Shown here: positions 1 through 17,100 of the stretch, one piece after another | Layout: the number at the start of each line of letters is the position of its first letter | Position numbering within the stretch: the first letter of the stretch is position 1 | Source of the DNA: Octopus sinensis | Lineage: Eukaryota | Direction of reading: 5' to 3' | DNA length: 64,000 bases | Assembly: GCF_006345805.1 (NCBI RefSeq) | Contig: NC_043022.1 | Location: forward strand, 17,298,001-17,362,000 | Program-made: the position numbers and the translations under genes | Notes under the pieces: model-generated | The model's database searches: none | Seen by the model: only the letters and a program-made list of their open reading frames with translations | Told to the model about the DNA's origin: nothing

Positions 1-985
1 GTATTTATTTCGGTTCTCTACGTTCTGAGTTCAAATGCCGCCGAGGTCGACTTTGCCTTTCATCCTTTCGGAGTCAAATAAAGTATGAAACAAGTATTTC
101 GTTACCGTAATTGACCAACGGCTCCCCTCAAAAACCTTGGGTTTCAATTAGAAATCTTTAGTTTAAGACCCTTTCATGAATTTAGGGAGAATATGTCGAA
201 ATACGCAGGCGTGGATGTGTGGCAAGAAGCTGAAAAGTACCTGTAAACTATTGGGGTCGGTTTCTATTCCTATAAGACGGCTCTGATGTGAATGGAATTT
301 TGAATGTCTTCGGGGCTGTGGTCTCACCTAGCGATTACATCGATCCCCATTCCCCATCTCGTTCATATTTTATCGATCACCGACGGAGGAAAAACATAAA
401 AACATTATCAGCATTTAATTTATTTTATTTTCTTTGTGTATTCAGAAACGTTTCTACATACATACACATGCACATACATACATGCATACATATATATATA
501 CACTTTACCTTTAGGTTTGTGTTTTCACAGACCACCGAGACCAAGTCTTGCGGCTCGGCCTAACAAACATTGAACGTCTCTAAGATAAACACACATTATT
601 TCTGAAAGTGTATGATAATGTTACAAGTGAGTGTGGTGACAAATTATATATATAAATATATATACATACATACACACACATATATACATACACATATATA
701 CACACGTATGTATGTATATATAATATTGTTTTTGTTATTAGTTTTACTCTTCTTAAATAAATGTCATTGGAAAAAGAAAATACACGAAAAAAAACCCCAC
801 AATAATTCTAAAAAGAAATAGAAAAAAATGTAATTTTGTTGGGATGACATGTCCCTTTCTTTGTCTGGTGATTGGGGGCCAACTCTGATAGAAGGGATCA
901 CCCCCATGGATGTGTATCAATACTGACTTCTAACTTGGGCAAAAAGGTCAAACATTGGTACGGAGACACACACACATATATATGG

Positions 986-1030
<45 letters not shown>

Positions 1031-2180
1031 CACACACGCACACGTATATATTATATGTATATAATGTATATATTATATATGTGTGAGTGTACATATATAC
1101 ATATACGTATTATGTGTGTGTGTGTGTGTTGTATTGTGATATATTCATCTTTATTTCTGCCTGTGCTGTTCGTGGATTCCTTCCTTTGACAAGGGGTTAA
1201 AAGTGGGTCCTTCGTTGAACCCTTTACCACTTCTTGTGAAGAAAGAGACGAAGTGAGTGGGCTTCCATCCCGCTTCATATGAACCTCACCGTCCCTGAAA
1301 TCGGTATTACTTCATGTGTTTAAGCAGCGATGAATCAGGGGCCCTATCCAAGGTACTAGTTCAGAAAGGTTTGTTATCCGGCGATAAACCGTGGCCCTAT
1401 CCAGATTGAAATAATGAAACTAGAGCTGGACGTTAGCGGTGAATTCTCGATCGTCAAAGTGGAACCCTGCTTGGCTTTCTATAACAATAGTTTCGTTACT
1501 TTTGAATGAGAGCCGAGGCATTTGCCTGAAGCAGGCTTGTTCGGTTTCGTGCCTCCACAACTGGAGTAGCGCTGCAATGTTTTCCCGTTTCACAGAAACC
1601 AACATCGAACTCTTTAAAGACTGAAAACACTGACCCATTGTCCATTCAGCGGCTCTAATGGTTTTCATGTAAACTTGTAGACTATCGTGGGACTCGTGAG
1701 TTTAGGGGCTCCTGTTACTAACACTACTGCTGCAGCTGCTGGTGCTGTTGTCAATAACAATAAGTCATTAACGGAGGTTGATTAAACATTTTAAAAAGGG
1801 CTTTAGCTCTGGAGTAAATGTCATCAGAATTGTAGGTTGACACCATAATAGGTTCGTCTTACCCAATGATATACCGGGGTCAATCCAGACGATTACACAA
1901 CAGCATTTTAATGTTCCCGGGCAAAATATATTATTACATACCAGTTGAATACTGGGGTCGATATAATCAACTTTCCCCATTCCTCAAATTGCTGGCCTTA
2001 TGCACAAATTATCATTGGGTCAAATTCCATCGAAGCCGACTTCACCTTTTTATTCTTCCGGGGTCAATAGAATAAGTAACAGTTGAGCCCTGGTATCGAA
2101 TAAGTCGATTAGCCCTCCCCCTCCCCCCACAAATTTGAAGACTTGTGTCTATTGCAGAAATGATTATTAATGTTTGTACC

Positions 2181-2745
2181 AAGGCGGCGAGCTGGCAGAA
2201 TGGTTAGCACACCAGGCGAAATGCTTAGCGGTTTTTCGTCTGCCGCTACGTACTGAGTTCAAATTCCGCCGAGGTCGACTTTGCCTTTCATCCTTTCGGC
2301 GTCGATTAAATAAGTACCAGTTACGCACTGGGTAGATATAATCGACTTAAACCGTTTGTCTGTCCCCTTTGTGTTTAGCCCCTTGTGAGTAGTAAAGAAA
2401 TAGGTATTTTGTCTGTCGCTACGTTCTGAGTTCAAATTCCGCCGAGGTCGACTTTGCCTTTCATCCTTTCGGAGTCGATAAAATAAGTACCTGTTACGCA
2501 CTGGGGCCGATATAATCGACTTACCTCCTCCACCGAACTTTCTGGCCTTTTTTCCAAAATTTAAAGCCATTTTTATTACTAAGACAGCGAACTGACAGAA
2601 CCATGAGCACGCCGGGCGAAATGCAGTTCGTCTGTCAACCCCTGAGGTCGACTTTGTCTTTCATCCTTTCGGGGGTCGAGATAATCGACTTACTCCCTAC
2701 CCCGAAAAAGAAAATTGCTGGCTTTGCGTTAAAATTTGAACCCAA
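2181..2745 (+). mobile_element. SINE family A, tandem cluster of three copies
   Basis: Copies start at ~2181, ~2402 (5'-truncated) and ~2581 (internally deleted); further fragments at 1-150 and 1900-2165. Confidence 0.88.
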
Positions 2746-3180
2746 TATGAGAGAGGGAGAGAGAGAGGGAGGGAGAGATTTGTGCTCTATTTCTAGCAAA
2801 CGAAGACTTCTTTCGTTCTATTTTTTCATCTCTTCCTAATAAAATTGTCCCGATACGACATTACTTCTTTAAGAAGATGGTTGGTCGCCTGGTTGCTTGG
2901 AGAATCAATACTTTCGTTGCCTAATCAACTGGTTGTATGCATCCTTTATTATCTGACTGGTTAATTACTTTAGGGAATGTTTGTGGGGGGAAGGGGGAAG
3001 GGTTGTGTGACTTCGGGGAATGTTTGTTTTGTTTGGTTGTTTAGACTCATTGGTTATCGATGTAAACTTATTGCTTTCATCAGCTTGAGGGTGGCACACG
3101 GCGCCAACTCCGCCTCCTCCTCCTAAGAGAATCGAATCACATTAAATTCCAAAACTAACAACAATAATAATAATAATAAT

Positions 3181-3403
3181 TTATTTCTACTGTAGGCACC
3201 AACCCTGAAATATTGGTGTGGTGGTGGGGGGGGGCTGGTTCATTACATCGCCCCCAGTACATAACCGGTACTATATTTTCTCACTCGCGGCGGGATGAAA
3301 GATAAAGTCGACCTTGGTTGGATTTGAACTCAGAACGCAAAGAGTCGGAACAAATATCGCAAAGCATTTTGCCCAACGCTCGAACGATTCTGTCAATTCA
3401 CCT
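3181..3403 (-). mobile_element. SINE family A (diverged)
   Basis: Reverse complement of the family A head, body and tail. Confidence 0.75.
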
Positions 3404-3406
3404 ATC

Positions 3407-3441
<35 letters not shown>

Positions 3442-4828
3442 GTCGCAATGCGTTCATAAGGGTCATGTGTTTTGGAAAGTTAAGTCTTTAATGCAGATTT
3501 AGTAGAGTTTCATATTCACAACTTCAGATGAGCATTTAAAACGTCGGTTCATAGGTTCGAGTTTTGGGGTCTACTTTTAAAAGAAACGTTATTCAGTTTT
3601 CAAAGGATCCCAGAAGCATCGAGTTTATGGCATTCTAGATTGATTTTGCTGTTGTTTCATTGTCATTTACGGAACTTGACGGTTTTGGAAATAATTTGGC
3701 ACAGAATTGTGTACAGATGTATATATATTTATAACACACACACGCACACACACATATGCTATTTATAACACATAAATATATATACACACACACGCGCACA
3801 TATATATATATAATGAGAGTACGTGTACGTATGTCCACATGTTGTCAGAGACTTCTTAAATTTTATTTTTGAATTTCCAGTGAATCATAGACACAATCAG
3901 ATTTTTAGAAATTCTATGAAAGGAAACTAATTTTGCAAACTCAGTAAACCATAAAGTCTAATTAGACAATTCAATTCGTAGAAACTAAATTGGTTTGATT
4001 GAGAACCATTGTAAAGTTTGCTTTTATCAACACATTTAAGGAACAAGAAAAAATGTCCAAAAGCCTTTGAATTGCATTTTGTTTTCAAAGGAACAACATT
4101 GGCAATTGAAAAAAGTCATTTCTCTGCAATGACACCCGACATGTCTATGGCGATTTTTCGGTCAAATTTACACTGTAAACTTTAAGGGAGACGTTATATT
4201 ACTACAAGACAACAAAGGTTTATAGAAATGATCAAAAAAATTAGGTTATTGTAGACATATCTCGAAGTACTTATCAATTTTGTACTTCCAAATGGCTGAT
4301 TCAAGCAGCGATTTGTATCTCATACAGGGGAAATTTCAGAAAACTTGCATTCATACATATTACATCCGATTTGAAATATTTAAAGACACCGAGACACTTC
4401 CGGTAATTTTTTTTGCTACGTTTTAAATTTGACAGGGTTTTGTTGATATTTTTTACATTTTTTTAATTGTACACACACACACACACACACATATTTACAA
4501 ATGTCCTTATGTCCTCTATATTGTATAATTTATTCTTATCGCTATGTTTATGCCAATCGCTCCTCCTTCGTTTAAAAGAAAAAAAATGGTCGTTTCGTTT
4601 GCTAACAAGGTTACGTCATTTCATGTCATCCAACCCAAACCATTTTCGCTCTGTGTTGTTCGTTATATCCCAAAGTTCAGGCTTCATTTTACTCAATCAT
4701 CCGACGATCAACAAAGAGAAACGCGGAGCAAGAATTTCTAAAGTGACAGATTCCAATAAATTACATCACGATTTTCTTTTTTAATATTGAGTACTCTTTG
4801 TCCTTCCTCTTGTTGTTGTCTCCAATAC

Positions 4829-4888
<60 letters not shown>

Positions 4889-5625
4889 CACATACATACA
4901 TACAGGTAATGTAATAGAAAGAGGAGTAGACTAAATGAAAGGTAAACCCACCAAAAGAGTAACAACGCCACAATCACAATATAATCAAAGAACAGCAATA
5001 AGATCAGTGATGTAGGGTGGTGGTGGTGGTGACGTGTGTGAGTGTGAGGGTGGTGTTTGGGGGGGGGCGGATAATAATAATCACTTTTATGGAATGTCGG
5101 TGATCAGTCATTGTTAAGGAAACGCAATCACGCGTGGGTGTGTGTGTGAAACGGAGGGTTTCTCTCCGTTGCTTCTCGTTCTCGCTTCTCAAAAAACATG
5201 GAGAAGAAATTTCGAGACTTGGAGTGGCGACAGCTGGAAGTTTCTTCGTCTTTAAATAAATATAAAATTCAATTCGATTGAGTATTTTTATCTCCTCGTT
5301 TCGAAATTCAAACGCACGAATGGGTGTGTGTGTGAGGAATTCTAAATTTTCAGTTAATTTTTTTTTCATTTCGTTCATCTTCAAATATGTTTCTATAATT
5401 TTATTTTCGTTAACCATCATCATCATCACCACCACCATCATCGTCTTTGTTATCGTCTCAAATTTCCACCTCTGTTCGTATTTCTGTTACATATTTCTTT
5501 CTCCCCCCCCTCCTCCTTATAATTAATTCCATTTCTTTATATCTTAAAGAATTTCTTTCCTAAATTCTTCGTTTCGGTGTCATTCCGTTAAGAATCTCGT
5601 GGCATCACTTTGTTGCGTCCAGTTT

Positions 5626-5750
5626 TCAAAAGCTGTTGGGGACCCTCGTGATCTCGCCGACCAATCCGAGAGCTGCAGCGTGTTCACGGGAGCGCATGCG
5701 CAATGCTGCAAGGCTTTCATCTGCCGTACACCTGTCGACATTCGGCGCAC
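5626..5750 (-). CDS. Pax3/7: Pax3/7 terminal coding exon with OAR (paired-tail) motif
   Basis: Acceptor tttcctacag|GT (phase 1). Manual translation (G)APNVDRCTADESLAALRMRSREHAAALGLVGEITRVPNSF*, with TGA at 5628-5626. SLAALRMRSREH matches the OAR consensus SIAxLRxKAKEH. Confidence 0.9.
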
Positions 5751-6050
5751 CTGTAGGAAATAGAAGAGGAGATAACTTGCTAATTAGATATTCCATACAT
5801 AGAAAGGTGTGTTACAAAATAGTTGTAGCTGTTTTGCTTTCGTGGGATCAGAATTGTACCAAGCGTGACCAAGCGTGACCAAGTGTGTCATTTAGTAGGC
5901 CAGGAAGCATATTATCCAATGGTTATCTGGTTTTAGGGAGAGTTGGTTAATAGTTTCTCTTTCTAGCAGGTCGTATTGCCTGGTCGGTTGATGAAGTAAT
6001 GGAGAGAGAGAAGGGTTTCTCAATCCATTTACTGAGAGAGAGAATTATCA

Positions 6051-6240
6051 TCTGGCAGAACCGTTAGCATGCCGGACAAAATGCTTAGCGGCATTTCGTC
6101 CGCCTTCATGTTCTGAGTTCAAATTCTGCTGAGGTCGACTTTGCCTTTCACACTATTGGGGTCGATAAAGTAAGTACCTGTTGATTACTGGGGCCGATTT
6201 AATCCCCGAAATTGCTGGCCTTGTGTCAAAATTTGAAACC
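6051..6240 (+). mobile_element. SINE family A
   Basis: CTGGCAGAACCGTTAGC...GAGTTCAAATTC...GACTTTGCCTTTCA. Confidence 0.85.
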
Positions 6241-6291
6241 CACATAGATACATGATTTAAATGAGTTTCTACTGCAACGCAATGCACTGAC

Positions 6292-6472
6292 CTGTTGTGA
6301 TGTGGTGAGGATTGTAAGGAAAGCTGGTCTTCATGTCTGTGTAAGGATAATGGCTGCTCGACGGATAGGTGGCGCTCAAGCTGGCGATGGTGGTTGTAGC
6401 TGTGGCGGTCGGTGGCGACCAAGTGGAGGAATGCATACTGTCGGCCGTCGAGAGACTCTGGAATCCTGGCAT
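6292..6472 (-). CDS. Pax3/7: Pax3/7 coding exon: Ser/Thr/Pro-rich
   Basis: Acceptor gtcttaattag|ATG (phase 0); MPGFQSLSTADSMHSSTWSPP...PYNPHHITT; donor G|gtcagt (phase 1); 181 nt. Confidence 0.85.
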
Positions 6473-7569
6473 CTAATTAAGACAAAAAACAAAACAATAA
6501 TTAATTCATTTGAAGACGATGGGGGTTGTTTTTTGTATTTTTTGAAAAATGGTAAAAGAAGGAAAGAACGAATAATGCCCGAAGGGATTTCTAATTTGGA
6601 CCCAAGAAGAGCAAATTTGAGGGGAAGGGAGTTAATTGATGCTAGTCTGGGGAGATAGTAATTAATGGCTGGAGAACTTTTAACCCCTAAAGCATTGGGA
6701 TTTGCACTTACATAGCATGGACTTCTGAGCCCATTCTATATAAAATGAGACTCCCATGCACACATAAAAAACGAAAAATACTTAAAATATCCTTTTAGTA
6801 TTATATAATGGTGGCAAGTTCTACATCATCTGAAAAGCCATTCGTTGAACTATTAGTTCTCTTGCATTCTGGGGGGGTATCGGAGTGTTTGAGTGACATT
6901 AGACCCCCAACAAAAGCCCATAAATTAAATGCATGTATCTGGGCCACGATCGTGGGCTGTCGCGCTTTTATGTGTTAATGATAGATCTGAACGGGGAAGT
7001 GAAAGGGGGGGGTCTATAAGGTCCTGCTCTCTAAGGTCCGGCTGTATTTTCACCCCTTCAACTCCAACTTTCACCCCCCCCATTTGGTCCCTCCCCCACC
7101 AGATCATTCCACACACTTTTCTTCCATTTCATTCCTAGTGGAGGTAAAGTTTCCCCGCTCCATTTATAGGGGTCCTCAAACGGTCCACAGAAAACTTTGC
7201 AATCAACTAGTTTATAATTCTTCAAAACACCAAATGTTTTAATTTTTGTTCATACAATTCCTAATAATTATTTAAAAAATATAATAGGATATTTCTAATG
7301 CATCGAATGTCTTGCGTGGAGATTGCGTGAATCTTCACAGAAGGTCCACTCAGCCAGCCGGTACCCATTGACTTCTGTGAGTGAAGAAGTGAACATTGCC
7401 CGGTTTAACGCCACTCCCTGCTCCCTGGAATCCTCGAGTCTGCGCCGTGGCAAGAATTCGATGAAGACACCACCCTCTCTCCTTCCCACCTCTCCCCAAC
7501 TTAGTAATGAAAGAAAGAAAGAATGAGACCGAAAAAGCCCCCATTGAGGGTCTTCAGTTTGAACTATAC

Positions 7570-7793
7570 CTGGTTTGCATGTGGGAAATAAGAGTCGACC
7601 AAGGCGGAGTAAGGTCCGTCAGCTTTGATAAAAGGGGTGTAGGAACTCTCGGATTTCGGTAGACTTGGATAGTTGTCTGGTCGAACAAGGCCTGGGTAAT
7701 GTGCTGTAACGTCGGCTTTCAAAGGGGTTTGACTATGGAATGGTGCAGGGAATGAAGGAGCCGTGGCCTGCGAGGACCGGTGCCAAAACGAAT
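7570..7793 (-). CDS. Pax3/7: Pax3/7 coding exon: Pro/Ser/Tyr-rich C-terminal region
   Basis: Acceptor tatttcag|AT (phase 1, joins STAQ-D-SFWHRSS...YFPHANQ); donor CAG|gtatag (phase 0); 224 nt; composition resembles a transactivation domain. Confidence 0.85.
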
Positions 7794-7819
7794 CTGAAAT
7801 AACAACAACAATAATAATC

Positions 7820-8135
7820 AAAATAATCCTTCTTATTATAGGCACAAGGCATGACATTTTGGAGGAAGAGACTAGTCGATTATATCGATCCCAAGTATAA
7901 CTGGTACTTAATTTATCGACCCCGAAATGATGAAAAGCGAAGTCAACCTCGGCGGAATTTGAACTCAAAATGAGAAGACAGACGAAATACCTATTTCTTT
8001 ACTAGCCACAAGGAGCCAAACACAGAGAGGACAAACAAGGACAGAAAACGGATTCAGTCGATTACATCGACTCCAGTGCGTAACTGGTACGTAATTTATC
8101 GACCCCGAAAGGATGAAAGGCAAACTCGACTTCGG
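7820..8135 (-). mobile_element. SINE family A, two 5'-truncated tandem copies
   Basis: Two CGACCCCGAAA(G/T)GATGAAA bodies; ends abruptly at the CA satellite. Confidence 0.85.
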
Positions 8136-11100
8136 CACGCACACCACACACACACACACACCACACACACACACACACACACACCATACACGCACACCAC
8201 ATACGCACACCACAGACACACCATGCACGCACACCACACGCACACCACACACACACCATAAACACACACACACCATATACGCACACCACACACGCACACC
8301 ACAAACACACCATGCACGCACACCACACACACACACCATACACACACACACACCATACACGCAAACCACACACACACACGATACACGCACACCATACACG
8401 CACACCACACACTCACACCATACACGCACACCACACACACCATGCACGCACACAACACACACACCGTACACACACACACACCACACACACAAACGATACA
8501 CGCAAACCACACACACACACGATACACGCACACAACACACACACACGCACATACACACCATACATGCACACCACAGACACACCATACACGCACACACACA
8601 CACCATACACGCACACCACACACACACACCATACACGCACACCACACACACACCATACACACACACACACCATACACGCACACCACACACACACACCACA
8701 CACACACCATACACGCACACCACACACACATACACGCACACCATACACGCACCACACACACCATACACACCATACACGCACACCATACACGCACACCACA
8801 CACACACACACACCATGCACGCACAACACACGCACACAGACACACCATACACGCACGCCACACACACGCACCATACACGCACACACACCATACACGCACA
8901 CCACACACACACACATACACACCATACACGCACACCACACACACACCATACACGCACACCACACACACGCCATACACGCACACCACACACACGCACATAC
9001 ACACCATACACGCCACACACACACACCATACACGCACACCACACGCACACCATACACACACCACACACGCACACCATACACGCACACACCATACACGCAC
9101 ACCACACACCATACACGCACACCACACACATAATACACGCACACCACAAACACACCATACACGCACAGCACACACACACACACCACACACACCATACACG
9201 CACACACACACACCATACACGCACACACACACACCATACACGCACACCACACACACCATACACGCACACCACACACAGACACGATACACACCATACACAC
9301 ACCATACACGCACACCACACACGCACATCATACATGCACACACACACACACCATATAAACACACACCATACACGCACACACGCCATACACGCACACCATA
9401 CATGCACACACACACACCATACAAACACACACCATACACGCACACACGCCATACACGCACACCACACACCCACACACCATACACGCACACAGACACACCA
9501 TACACGCACACCACACACACACCATACACACACATACACGCACACCACACACACACCATACACGCACACCACACACACACACACACACCATACACGCAAA
9601 CCACACACACACCATACATGCACACCACACACACACCATACACGCACAACACACACCATACACGCACACCACACACACACCACCACCATACACACACCAC
9701 ACCACACACACACACCCTCCATACACGCACACCACACACACCATACAGCACAACCACACACACACCACACACCATACACGCCACACCACACGCACATACA
9801 CACCATACACGCACACCACACACACCATACACGCACACCACTCACACCATACACACACACCATACACGCACACACACACACACACACACCATACACGCAC
9901 CCACACACACACACCATACACGCACACCACACACACACACCATACACGCACAACACACACACACAGACACACCATACACGCACACCACACACACCATACA
10001 CGCACACCACACACACGCACATACACACCATACACGCACACACACCATACACGCACAAACACACACACCATACACGCAAACCACACACACACCATACATG
10101 CACACCATACACGCACAACACACACCATACACGCACACCACACACACACACTCCATACACGCACACCACACACACACCATACACGCACACCACACACACA
10201 CCACACACACCATACACGCACACCACACGCACATACACACCATACACGCACACCACACACACACCATACACGCACACCACTCACACCATACACACACACC
10301 ATACACGCACACCACACACACACACTCCATACACGCACACCACACACACCATACACGCACACCACACACACCATACACGCACACCACACGCACATACACA
10401 CCATACACGCACACCATACACGCACACCACTCACACCATACACACACACCATACACGCACACACACACACACACACACACACCATACACGCACACCACAC
10501 ACACGCCATACACGCACACCACACACACGCACATACACACCATACACGCACACCACACACACCATACACGCACACCACACGCACACCATACACACACCAC
10601 ACACACCATACACGCACACCACTCACACCATACACGCACACCACTCACACCATACACGCACACACCATACACGCACACCACACACCATACACGCACACCA
10701 CACACACCATACACGCGCACACCACACACAGACACGATACAAACCATACACGCACACCACACACACACCATACACGCACACACACACACACACCATACAC
10801 GCACACCACACACGCACACCATACATGCACAGCACACACACACCACACACACCATACACGCACACACACACACCATACACGCATACCACACACACCATAC
10901 ACGCACACACCATACACGCACACCACACACAGACACGATACACACCATACACGCACACCACACACACACCATACACGCACACACACACACACCATACACG
11001 CACACCACACACGCACACCATACATGCACACACACACACCATACACGCACACACGCCATACACGCACCCCATACACGCACACCACACACCCACACACCAT

Positions 11101-14100
11101 ACACGCACACAGACACACCATACACGCACACCACACACACACGATACACACACATACACGCACACCACACACACACCATACACGCACACACACCATACAC
11201 GCAAACCACGCACACACCATACACGCAAACCACACACACACCATACATGCACACCACACACACACCATACACGCACACCACACACACACACTCCATACAC
11301 ACACACCACACACACTCCATACACGCACACCACACACACACCATACACGCACACCACACGCACATACACACCATACACACACCATACACGCATACCACTC
11401 ACACCATACACACACACCATACACGCACACACACACACACACACACACCATACACGCACCCACACACACACACCATACACGCACACCACACACACACACC
11501 ATACACGCACAACACACACACACACAGACACACCATACACGCACACCACACACCACCATACACGCACACACACACACGCACATACACACCATACACGCAC
11601 ACACACCATACACGCACAACACACACACCATACACGCAAACCACACACACACCATACATGCACACCACACACACACACCATACACGCACACCACAAATAC
11701 ACACCATACACGCACACCACACACACCATACACACACCACACACACACACAATACACGCACACGACACACACTATACACGCACACCACACACACCATACA
11801 CGCACACCACATACACCATACACGCACACCACACACACACACGCACATACACACCATACACGCACAACACACACACACCATACACGCACAACACACACAC
11901 ACCATACACGCACACCACACACACACCATACACGCAACCGCCACCACACACCATACACGCCACACCACACACACCATACACACACACACCATACACACAC
12001 ACACCATACACACACACAGTACACGCACACCACACACACATACCATACACGCACACCACACACACACCATACACGCACACCACACACACTATACACGCAC
12101 ACCACACACACACACCATACACGCACACACACACATACACACCCACACCACACACCATACACGCACACCACACACACACACCACACACACACCACACACA
12201 CACACACCATACACGCACACCACACACATACACCATACACGCACACCACACACACACACACACACACACAATACACACGCACACCACACACACCATACAC
12301 GCACACCACACACACACCATACACGCACAACATACACGCACACCATATACACGCACACCACACACACACCATACACGCACAGCACACCACACACACACCA
12401 TACACGCACAGCTACACACACCATACACGCACACCACACAAGCACACACACACACAACATACACGCACACCACACACGCACACCATACATGCACACACAC
12501 ACACCATACACGCACACACGCCATACACGCACCCCATACACGCACACCACACACCCACACACCATACACGCACACAGACACACCATACACGCACACCACA
12601 CACACACGATACACACACATACACGCACACCACACACACACCATACACGCACCATACACGCACACACACCATACACACACCATACACGCACCATACACGC
12701 AAACCACGCACACACCATACACGCAAACCACACACACACCATACATGCACACCACACACACACCCATACACGCACACCACACACACACACTCCATACACA
12801 CACACCACACACACTCCATACACGCACACCACACACACACCATACACGCACACCACACGCACATACACACCATACAACACACCATACACGCATACCACTC
12901 ACACCATACACCACCACACCATACACGCACACACACACACACACACACACACCATACACGCACCCACACACACACACCATACACGCACACCACACACCCA
13001 CACCATACACGCACAACACACACACACACAGACAACACCATACACGCACACCACACACACATACACGCACACCACACACACGCACATACACACCATACAC
13101 GCCACACACACCATACACGCACAACACACACACCATACACGCAAAACACACACACCATACATGCACACCACACACCACACCATACACGCACACCACAAAT
13201 ACACACCATACACGCACACCACACACACACCATACACGCACACAACACACACCACACACACACACAATACACGCACACGACACACACACTATACACGCAC
13301 AACACACACACCATACACGCACCACAACTACACCATACACGCACACCACACACACACACGCACATACACACCATACACGCACAACACACACACACCATAC
13401 ACGCCACAACACACACACCATACACGCACACCACACACACACCATACACGCACACCATACACGCACGCCACACACACACCATACACGCACACCACCACAC
13501 ACCATACACACACACACACCATACACACACACACACACAATACCATACACGCACACCACACACACACCATACACGCACACCACAACACTATACACGCACA
13601 CCACACACACACACCATACACGCACACACACACATACACCCACACCACACACACCATACACGCACACCACACCACACACCATAACACACACACACCTACA
13701 CGCACACCACACACATACACCATACACGCACACACCACACACCATACACGCACACACCACACCACACACCACACACACACCACACACACACACACCATAC
13801 ACGCGCACACCACACAACATACACCATACACGCACACCACACACACACACACACACACACACAATACCACGCACACCACACACACCATACACGCACACCA
13901 CCACACACACCATACACGCACAACATACACGCACCACCCATATACACGCACACCACACACACACCATACACGCACAGCACACCACCACACACACCATACA
14001 CGCCACAGCTACACACACCATACACGCACACCACACAAGCACACACACACACAACATACACGCACACACACACGCACACCATACATGCACAACACACACC

Positions 14101-17100
14101 ATACACGCACACACGCCATACACGCACCCATACACGCACACCACACACCCCACACCATACACGCACACAGACACACCATACACGCACACCACACACACAC
14201 GATACACACACATACACGCACACCACACACACACCATACACGCACCATACACGCAACACACACCATACACACCACCATACACGCACCATACACGCAAACA
14301 CGCACAACACCATACACGCAAACCACACACACACCATACATGCACACCACACACACACACCATACACGCACACACACACACCACACCTCCCAAACACACA
14401 CCACACACACTCCATACACGCACACCACACACACACACCATACACGCACACCACACGCACATACACACCATACACACACCATACACGCATACCACTCACA
14501 CCATACACACACACCATACACGCACACACACACACACACACACACACCATACACGCACCCACACACACACACCATACACGCACACCACACACACACACCA
14601 TACACGCACAACACACACACACACAGACACACCATACACGCACACCACACACACCATACACGCACACCACACACACGCACATACACACCATACACGCACA
14701 CACACCATACACGCACAACACACACACCATACACGCAAACCACACACACACCATACATGCACACCACACACACACCATACACGCACACCACAAATACACA
14801 CCATACACGCACACCACACACACACCATACACGCACACCACACACACCATACACACACCACACACACACACAATACACGCACACGACACACACACTATAC
14901 ACGCACAACACACACACCATACACGCACACCACATACACCATACACGCACACCACACACACACACGCACATACACACCATACACGCACAACACACACACA
15001 CCATACACGCACAACACACACACACCATACACGCACACCACACACACACCATACACGCACACCATACACGCACGCCACACACACACCATACACGCACACC
15101 ACACACACCATACACACACACACCATACACACACACACACACATACCATACACGCACACCACACACACACCATACACGCACACCACACACACTATACACG
15201 CACACCACACACACACACCATACACGCACACCACACACATACACCCACACCACACACACCATACACGCACACCACACACACACACCATACACACACACAC
15301 CATACACGCACACCACACACATACACCATACACGCACACCACACACACACACACACACATACACGCACACCACACACCATACACGCACACCACACACACA
15401 CACCATACACGCACAACATACACGCACACCATATACACGCACACCACACACACCATACACGCACAGCACACCACACACACACCATACACGCACAGCTACA
15501 CACACCATACACGCACACCACACAAGCACACACACACACAACATACACGCACACCACACACCCACACACGCACAGCACACACACACAATACACGCACACC
15601 ACACACACACACACCATACACGCACACCACACACAGGCATCATACACGCACACCACACACACACAACATACACGCACACCACACACACACACCATACACG
15701 CACACCACACACCACACACACACCATACACGCACACACACACACACCATACACGCACACCACACACACAGACACCATACACGCACACCACACACACACAC
15801 ACCATACACGCACACCACACACACACACACATCATACACGCACACCACACACACAGACACCATACACGCACACCACACACACAGACACCATACACGCACA
15901 CCACACACACACCATACACGCACACCACACACACAGACACACCATACACGCACACCACACACACAGACACCATACACGCACACCACACACACAGACACCA
16001 TACACGCACACCACACACACACCATACACGCACCCCATACACGCACACCACACACCATACACGCACACACACACCATACACGCACACACACCATAGACGC
16101 ACGCCACATACACACACACACACACCATACACGCACACCACACACCATACACGCAAACCACACACACATACACCATACACGCACACCACACACCATACAC
16201 GCAAACCACACGCACACACACACACACACCATACACGCACACACACACACACCATACAAACACACACCATACACGCACACCACACACACCATACACGCAC
16301 ACCACAGACACACACACACCATACACGCACACCACAGACACACACACACCATACACGCACACCACACACACACGATACACACATACACGCACACCACACA
16401 CACACCATACACGCACACCACATACACACCATACACGCACACCACATACACACCATACACGCACACCATACACGCACACCACACACACACCATACACGCA
16501 CACCACACACCATACACACACACCACACACACACAATTCACGCACACCAACACACACACACACACACCATACACACACACCATACACGCACACCACACAC
16601 ACTATACACGCACACCACACACACACACACCATACACGCTCACCGCACACACACACCATACACGCACACCACACACCACACACACACACACCATACACGC
16701 ACACCACACACACACACACCATATACACACACCACACACACACAATACACGCACACCACACACACACACCATACACGCACACCACACACACACACCATAC
16801 ACGCACACCGCACACACACACCATACACGCACACCACACACACACACCACACACGCACACCACACATACACACACACCATACACGCTCATCACACACGCA
16901 CACTACACACACACACACCATACACGCACACCAAACACATACCATACACGCACACCATACACACACACCACTTACACTACACACACACCATACATGCACA
17001 CACACTATACACGCACACACCATACATGCACACCACACACACACACACCATACACGCACACCACACCATACACACACCACACGCACACACACACCATACA

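Noticed and set aside
1420-1668. 82-aa minus-strand ORF as a further exon or gene
   Set aside because: It lies beyond the Pax3/7 stop and has no recognisable domain or splice support.
6680-7305. piggyBac-like MITE starting TTAACCC
   Set aside because: No matching right TIR or TTAA found.
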